This document shows positions 58,327-64,000 of a stretch of DNA of 64,000 nt, piece by piece. Each line of letters begins with the position of its first letter. The stretch's first letter is position 1. The notes below the pieces were generated by a model that saw nothing but the letters and a program-made list of their open reading frames with translations, had not been told where the DNA came from and ran no database searches. This stretch comes from Eubacteriales bacterium (GTDB lineage Bacteria; Bacillota; Clostridia; Oscillospirales; CAG-382): the NCBI GenBank assembly GCA_045593165.1, contig JAZNWF010000035.1, positions 10,078-74,077 of the forward strand, given 5' to 3'. Both the position numbers and the translations under genes were made by a program.

Positions 58327-59405
58327 TACTCGAAGCGATCACACCGCTCGAATCGCTTGTCGATTCGTTAAAGAGCGAACGCAGAGCGATATTCCTTTAC
58401 GGAATGGGCAACGGCGCAGAAAAGATATACGAATATCTTTCCTCTCGCGGTGTCGAAATAAAGGGAATCGTCGCATCGGAAGGGTTTTTGCGAGGTCAAA
58501 GCTTTTTGGGATTTGACGTATGCTCTATATCCGCCGCCGAGGAAATATACGGCAGTCTTTGCCTTGTGCTGTGCTTCGGCCTTGAGGGCGATAAATCGCA
58601 TTTTCTGAACGATATACGCAAAAAGCACCGTTTGGTGTCGCCAAATCTGGCGGTTTTCGGAAACGGCGTTTGCGACAAGAAATTCATCCTTGCAAACATA
58701 GAAAAATTCGAACGCGTATACGAAATGCTTTCGGACGAGCTTTCGAAAGAAATATATTTAAACCTTATAAAATATAATGTTACGGGCGATGTCGATCATC
58801 TTGCCTACGGCAACGGTCTGAATCCGCCCGAGGAATTTTACAAACACAAGCTTCGCCATATTGACGTCGGCGCATACGACGGCGACACGGTTTTGGAATT
58901 TGCAAGTCATAACACCGAATATTCGGATATAATTGCATTCGAGCCCGATCATATGACCTATAAAAAGCTTGTTCGCAATACTCAAGGTATAAGAAACGTC
59001 ACCGCCGAAAACAAAGCGGTCTGCAGACGCGACGGAAGCATAACCTTTGCCTCGGGCGGAGGACGTGCCTCGCATTGTGACGAAAGCGGAATTAGCATCG
59101 ATTGCGCATCGGTCGACGTTTATTGCGGATATACGCATATCGCGGCAAACGGCATTCCCGTAGGCAGTATAAAAATCGATGCCGAGGGTATGGACGAGGA
59201 CGTTATATGCGGCGCGGTAAACACGATATACTGCTGTAAATGCAACGTCGGTGTCGCGCTTTATCATCGCGCGGAGGACATTATCGAGCTTCCGCTTTTA
59301 CTGCGCAAGCACAACAACAAATACAAATTCTATCTGCGCAAAAAAGAATACATACCCGCGTGGGACGTATTCCTTTATGCAATCGACACTTCATCGGAGG
59401 GATAA
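58323..59405 (+). CDS. FkbM family methyltransferase
   Basis: IDVGAYDGDT, AFEPD, IKIDAEG, ALYH. Confidence 0.85.
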   Translation: MILEAITPLESLVDSLKSERRAIFLYGMGNGAEKIYEYLSSRGVEIKGIVASEGFLRGQSFLGFDVCSISAAEEIYGSLCLVLCFGLEGDKSHFLNDIRKKHRLVSPNLAVFGNGVCDKKFILANIEKFERVYEMLSDELSKEIYLNLIKYNVTGDVDHLAYGNGLNPPEEFYKHKLRHIDVGAYDGDTVLEFASHNTEYSDIIAFEPDHMTYKKLVRNTQGIRNVTAENKAVCRRDGSITFASGGGRASHCDESGISIDCASVDVYCGYTHIAANGIPVGSIKIDAEGMDEDVICGAVNTIYCCKCNVGVALYHRAEDIIELPLLLRKHNNKYKFYLRKKEYIPAWDVFLYAIDTSSEG

Positions 59406-59407
59406 TT

Positions 59408-59911
59408 ATGGGATTTAAGGAAATCGGCGCAAACGAGCTTTCGACCCCCGTTTTTTCGGACATCGGTAAAAAATGGATGCTTGTCAGCGCGGCAAAATGT
59501 GACGGAAGCGTAAATACAATGACGGCAAGCTGGGGCGCATTGGGTGTGCTCTGGAACAAAAACGTATTCTTCTGCTTCGTTCGTCCGCAACGCTATACCC
59601 ACGAATTCACCGAGGAAAGCAACCGTATATCGATCTCGTTCTTCGGTGAGGAATACCGCGATGCATTGAAGCTTTGCGGCACCAAAAGCGGAAGAGATAT
59701 CGAAAAAATAAAGGAAGCGGGACTTACCGTTTTCAACAACAACGGCGACGTCGGATTTTTGGAAGCAGAGCGTATCATCTACGGCAAAAAGATATACGCG
59801 GGCAAATTGGACCCCGAATGCTTCATTTCCGATGACATAATGAAGCACTACAACAACGATTACCACACCGTTTACATCTGCGAAATAGAAAAGATAGAAG
59901 AAAAGGAATAA
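59408..59911 (+). CDS. Flavin reductase-like protein
   Basis: ATG at 59408; NTMTASWG, VRPQRYT, CGTKSGRD..K, HTVYICEI. Confidence 0.88.
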   Translation: MGFKEIGANELSTPVFSDIGKKWMLVSAAKCDGSVNTMTASWGALGVLWNKNVFFCFVRPQRYTHEFTEESNRISISFFGEEYRDALKLCGTKSGRDIEKIKEAGLTVFNNNGDVGFLEAERIIYGKKIYAGKLDPECFISDDIMKHYNNDYHTVYICEIEKIEEKE

Positions 59912-59915
59912 TGTT

Positions 59916-61199
59916 ATGCAGGTCAGCGAGCTTATTCAAAGGCTTCAAAACGGCAATTTCGACCAAACGATAACTAATCTTTATCCGCAGAGCGATGTAT
60001 CCGAAAAGCGAGCACGCATAATAAAGCTCGCAAACGATTTTTATGCGCTTTACGGCGAAAAGGACGTAACCTTGTTTTCCGTTCCCGGCAGAACCGAGCT
60101 TTCGGGCAACCACACCGACCATAATAACGGTCTTGTTCTCGCCGCATCGGTGGATATCGATATAATCGCGCTCGCGGCTCCGAGCGACGAGCCGACCGTA
60201 CGTATAAAAAGCGAGGGCTACCGCGAAGACGTGGTGGATATTTCTTCTCCCTCGCCCGAAAACGTGCGCAAGGGCAGTTCGTCTGCAATCATCGCAGGTA
60301 TCGCTGATTATTTTTACAAGCACGGATACTCCTGCGGCGGCTTTACCGCATTCACCACAAGCGACGTTATGACAGGCTCGGGGCTTTCCTCCTCGGCGGC
60401 GTTTGAGGTTATTTGCGCGCGTATCTTTTCCGAATTTTACAACAACGGCGCTATTTCCCCTATGGAGCTTGCAAAGGCGGGCAAATACGCGGAAAACAAA
60501 TATTTCGGCAAGCCTTGCGGACTAATGGATCAGGCGGCTTGCGCCTCGGGCGGATGCTTGTTTATCGATTTTGAAAACAATTCCGAGCCAAAAACCGAAA
60601 AGATAGATTTTGATCTTGCTAAATTCGGTTATTCGCTTTGTATAGTAAACACCGGCGGCAACCACGCCGACCTTACCGACGATTACGCCTCTGTTCCGAG
60701 TGAAATGCGCTCGATCGCCGCGCTTATGGGCAAGCAGAATCTGCGTTCCTGCGACGAAGAGGATTTTATGGGACGCATATGCTATATGCGAACGCTTGTC
60801 GGTGACAGAGCGATAATGCGCGCGATGCATTATTTTGCCGAAAACCGCAGAGTTATCGCGCAAAAGGATGCACTCAACCGAAACGATATAAATAAATATC
60901 TTGAATACGTAAAGAAATCGGGCAATTCGTCCTTTAAGTTCCTGCAAAACGTTTACACAAATAAAAACGTAGAGGAGCAAGGCATCTCGCTCGCGCTTGC
61001 AATAACCGAACGCTTCGGCGCGGTATGCCGTGTGCACGGCGGCGGATTTGCCGGCACGATTCAAGCGTACGTCAAAACGAACGAGGTCGACAGATACAAA
61101 TCCGCTATCGAATCGGTATTCGGCGAAAGCGCATGCAAGGTCTACACGATACGTCCCTACGGAGCATCGGTAGTGACAGAAAACGAAATCAGAGGATAA
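59916..61199 (+). CDS. galK: Galactokinase-like GHMP kinase
   Basis: PGRTEL.GNHTDHN, GSGLSSSAA, PCGLMDQ, RVHGGGFAG. Confidence 0.85.
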   Translation: MQVSELIQRLQNGNFDQTITNLYPQSDVSEKRARIIKLANDFYALYGEKDVTLFSVPGRTELSGNHTDHNNGLVLAASVDIDIIALAAPSDEPTVRIKSEGYREDVVDISSPSPENVRKGSSSAIIAGIADYFYKHGYSCGGFTAFTTSDVMTGSGLSSSAAFEVICARIFSEFYNNGAISPMELAKAGKYAENKYFGKPCGLMDQAACASGGCLFIDFENNSEPKTEKIDFDLAKFGYSLCIVNTGGNHADLTDDYASVPSEMRSIAALMGKQNLRSCDEEDFMGRICYMRTLVGDRAIMRAMHYFAENRRVIAQKDALNRNDINKYLEYVKKSGNSSFKFLQNVYTNKNVEEQGISLALAITERFGAVCRVHGGGFAGTIQAYVKTNEVDRYKSAIESVFGESACKVYTIRPYGASVVTENEIRG

Positions 61200-61210
61200 A
61201 CTGTTTTTAA

Positions 61211-62008
61211 ATGAACGAAGCAAAAATATATATGCTGTTTTCCTCGTCAAAGGGAAATGCGGCATACATAAAGCACGGCAGGGATGAATTTTTGATCGAT
61301 TGCGGAGTTTCCGCACGCGCGCTTGAGCACGCGTTGAATCAATTGGGAACAAGCCTGTCGAGCATCAACGCGATATTTATTACGCACGAGCACGGCGACC
61401 ACATACGCGGCGTTCACACGATAAGTAAATATTTCAAGATTCCTTTCTTTGCTCCCGAAAAAAGCTGTTCGTATATCGAGGAGCAGATGTATAGCAATTC
61501 CTCGCTTACTCCGCTCAATACAGGCAACGCCGTCGAGCTGTTGAGCACCGCGGTATGCCCTATCGCAACTCCGCACGATTCACGCGGGAGCGTTGGCTTC
61601 CGTATTCGCGCAGGCGAGGAAAAGATCGGCTATTTCACCGACATCGGTCATCTTTCGGAGGGGGTCTTGCGCGGTCTTTCAGAATGCAGACGAGTGGTTA
61701 TCGAATCGAACCACGATATCGAAATGCTGAAAAACGGTCCGTACCCCTATTCGCTTCAAAAGCGCATTTTGGGTGATTTCGGCCACCTTTCGAATACCCT
61801 CTGCGCAAAGCTTTTACCGCATCTTGCCAATCACGGCACGGAATCGTTTATGCTCGCCCATTTAAGCGAGGAAAACAACCGCCCCGAAATAGCGTTTGAT
61901 GAAAGCTATACCGCTTTGAAATCTCACGGCTTTTACGTAAACGATAACGAAAAGCCGAGCCTTCGCTTGCAGGTCGCATCGGTGTGCGGAATTAAAGAAC
62001 TGAAATAA
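61211..62008 (+). CDS. MBL-fold metallohydrolase (YycJ/WalJ-like)
   Basis: SSSKGN, THEHGDH, TPHD, TDIG, ESNHD, GHLSN, AHLSEENN. Confidence 0.9.
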   Translation: MNEAKIYMLFSSSKGNAAYIKHGRDEFLIDCGVSARALEHALNQLGTSLSSINAIFITHEHGDHIRGVHTISKYFKIPFFAPEKSCSYIEEQMYSNSSLTPLNTGNAVELLSTAVCPIATPHDSRGSVGFRIRAGEEKIGYFTDIGHLSEGVLRGLSECRRVVIESNHDIEMLKNGPYPYSLQKRILGDFGHLSNTLCAKLLPHLANHGTESFMLAHLSEENNRPEIAFDESYTALKSHGFYVNDNEKPSLRLQVASVCGIKELK

Positions 62009-62048
62009 AAAAGAACTGTGTTCTCGATTCAAAGAACACAGTTTTTTG
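62007..62048. terminator. Bidirectional terminator
   Basis: aaaagaactgtgttct...agaacacagttttttg. Confidence 0.7.
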
Positions 62049-62050
62049 TT

Positions 62051-62371
62051 TTATACTCTTTTATAGCTCGTTTTAATGCCGTTATCAACCAGCATCAGCA
62101 CGCCGTTTTCGATTTTGTACTGATATGTAAGCACGTCAACGCCGTTTACCGAAAGAGTGAGAATGCCGTAATCCTCCTCGGTCTCGGTGTCATAATCATA
62201 TACAAGAGTCGTACCGTCTACCGTTTCGGTGCATTTTCCGTCAGCAAACTCCAAAAACCTGCCGGTTTTTTCGTTTTCCCATTTTCCTTCGAGCTCGGCA
62301 TCGGCACCGCATGCCGCAAAGCAAGCGACAAGCGTAACCAAAACGAGCAGTAATGCAATAATTTTCTTCAT
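62051..62371 (-). CDS. Small lipoprotein
   Basis: Start MKKIIA at 62371 after GGAAGGT; lipobox FAA-C; LEGKW beta-barrel-like motif. Confidence 0.75.
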   Translation of the reverse strand: MKKIIALLLVLVTLVACFAACGADAELEGKWENEKTGRFLEFADGKCTETVDGTTLVYDYDTETEEDYGILTLSVNGVDVLTYQYKIENGVLMLVDNGIKTSYKRV

Positions 62372-62392
62372 ATAATACCTTCCGAGCAACGT

Positions 62393-62794
62393 CTATTTTT
62401 CGAGCGTGTATTCCTGATTTCTGTATACGACGAACTTGCAAAACAGAAATTCAAGAACAAGATTGCTGAGCATCGTAACAGCAAGCACAATATATTCGTT
62501 CACGCCGCTCGTTTCCGCCATATTGCCAAGCCAGGTGGACACGGGTGTGAACACGGCGTAAAAGCCCAAAACCTTTGCCATAGCAACGGGTACGTTCGCG
62601 GCGGATTTGAAGGTAAAGCGTCGGTTAAACGTGAAGTTCCAAAGAACCGAAAGCAGCAGCGACACCAGATATGCGGGCCAATACTGCCATTTCATAACCT
62701 CATTGAACAGGGCAAACGATGCAACCTGAATAATACCTGCCGATACCGAGAACAGCGCGAATTTTATTGCCTGTAAAACAGATTTCTTTTGCAT
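62393..62794 (-). CDS. GtrA family protein
   Basis: KFALFS.SAG, SVLWNFTFNRRFTFKS. Confidence 0.85.
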   Translation of the reverse strand: MQKKSVLQAIKFALFSVSAGIIQVASFALFNEVMKWQYWPAYLVSLLLSVLWNFTFNRRFTFKSAANVPVAMAKVLGFYAVFTPVSTWLGNMAETSGVNEYIVLAVTMLSNLVLEFLFCKFVVYRNQEYTLEK

Positions 62795-62919
62795 AAACGA
62801 TACTCCTCTTTAGAGATACGTTATTTTAACACATTATCGTTTATTTTGCAACTTTTTTATATATTTTATATATCAAAAGAGAAAACCGCCGAAGCTAATA
62901 ACCACGTCGGTTTGTTTTG

Positions 62920-63801
62920 TCAAATCAATCTCAATTTTCTTGCAATAGTTTCGTCATCGACGATTATAAACGAATGCGACGTGTTATCCGTACCGACCTT
63001 GATCACGTGGCCGTCGACATATGCCTGAAGCACGTGCGCGGATTCGATAATCGCCTCCATTTCGTCATACACGTTGCCGTCGATAACCAATTCGTTAACG
63101 CGTTTTACTCTACGGTAGGTGATTTTATGTCCGTTAGATTCGGTTTCAAGAAAAACCTTTGCCTTTACTTCCATATCCGCAGGTCTTAAAACGGCAGAAT
63201 CGTGAGTGGTTTCCGATGATTCCTCGCCGCCGAAATTATAGTTCTGGGGAGTCGCTTCGGAAAAATCAACCTCATCGGGAAGCTTCTTCGCCTTGAAATA
63301 TGCAGAGATGCCCATGGAAAGCGAAATGATAATACCGATATGGAATACGATATCGATAATTACGTCTGCGGTAATGCCGCCCCATATAAGCATAACAGCG
63401 GTGTCTATTGCAAAGAACACAAGACCGAACACCATCCAGCCGATGTGCTTCTTCGAAAGCAGCCAGCTTACGAAATAAAGTATTATAATCACCGCGGAAA
63501 CCGCAAGTGTGGTGTAAAGGAATGAATCGTCATAAAATTCGAGTGAATCGTAAGCTTCACCGTAAAATTCCTCGGGGAATTTGCCCGTATAGGACATACC
63601 CATAATTGCAAGGACGTACGGCACGTATGCCGAGAAGAGAAAATACGAGTCGCCGCCGCTAACAAGCAATATGATGTTTATAACCGTAAATGCAACTACC
63701 ATTAAAAGCGTGCTTCTTCCCGAATTATAACGCGTTTCAAACATCGCCTTGGGTGAACCGGGAACACCGTTCAGATTAGTTTTGCCAAAAAGTCTGGACA
63801 T
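62920..63801 (-). CDS. Hypothetical membrane protein
   Basis: RBS GGAGG; several TM helices followed by a soluble C-terminal domain. Confidence 0.75.
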   Translation of the reverse strand: MSRLFGKTNLNGVPGSPKAMFETRYNSGRSTLLMVVAFTVINIILLVSGGDSYFLFSAYVPYVLAIMGMSYTGKFPEEFYGEAYDSLEFYDDSFLYTTLAVSAVIIILYFVSWLLSKKHIGWMVFGLVFFAIDTAVMLIWGGITADVIIDIVFHIGIIISLSMGISAYFKAKKLPDEVDFSEATPQNYNFGGEESSETTHDSAVLRPADMEVKAKVFLETESNGHKITYRRVKRVNELVIDGNVYDEMEAIIESAHVLQAYVDGHVIKVGTDNTSHSFIIVDDETIARKLRLI

Positions 63802-63845
63802 ACCTGCCTCCTGTTTTATATTGCAAGTGCAATTTTATTAAATAA

Positions 63846-63874
63846 ATTATATCATGGCATTATATACGTGTCAA
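63846..63874 (-). promoter_or_regulatory. Consensus sigmaA promoter
   Basis: TTGACA-N17-TATAAT with TG on the minus strand. Confidence 0.8.
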
Positions 63875-63948
63875 CAGCAAAAAACCACAACCGCTTTTTC
63901 GCCTATCCAATTTAGAAGTTTCATATCATCACCGCAGTTCTTGGATTT

Positions 63949-63977
63949 AATATATCACAAAGCATACAGCGTGTCAA
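63949..63977 (-). promoter_or_regulatory. Second upstream sigmaA promoter
   Basis: TTGACA-N17-TATATT with TG on the minus strand. Confidence 0.65.
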
Positions 63978-64000
63978 TTTATTTGAAGTGAACTAAAAAA

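Overview
About 64 kb of chromosome from a moderate-GC, probably spore-forming Clostridia-type Firmicute. No rRNA, tRNA, CRISPR array, integrase or transposase is visible. (1) 1-16544 looks like an extracellular nucleic-acid scavenging locus. It holds a membrane-anchored endonuclease I, two surface proteins with four OB-fold repeats each, a thermonuclease lipoprotein coupled to a CUT1-type ABC importer, an RDD protein, a HAD deoxyribonucleotidase/guanylate-kinase-like fusion and a divergent 5'-nucleotidase. (2) 17242-25093 holds a cyclic beta-1,2-glucan synthase-like giant gene, back to back with tepA across two sigmaG/F-like promoters. (3) Two copies of an enzyme-less cargo-carrying element lie at 25109-26034 and 39008-39728. 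Each splits a bidirectional terminator at GAGA and shares a covarying nonamer/mini-hairpin array, a sigmaA promoter and end hairpins. They carry unrelated AT-rich genes bounded by AAA-N6-TTT-like sites. (4) The rest is mostly housekeeping (murB, whiA, dnaE, PBP1A, ygiQ, Fur/PerR-rubrerythrin, polA, rsmI, galK-like), with three non-enzymatic cohesin/dockerin proteins and several structured intergenic repeats. All calls come from motifs read by eye; no searches were run.
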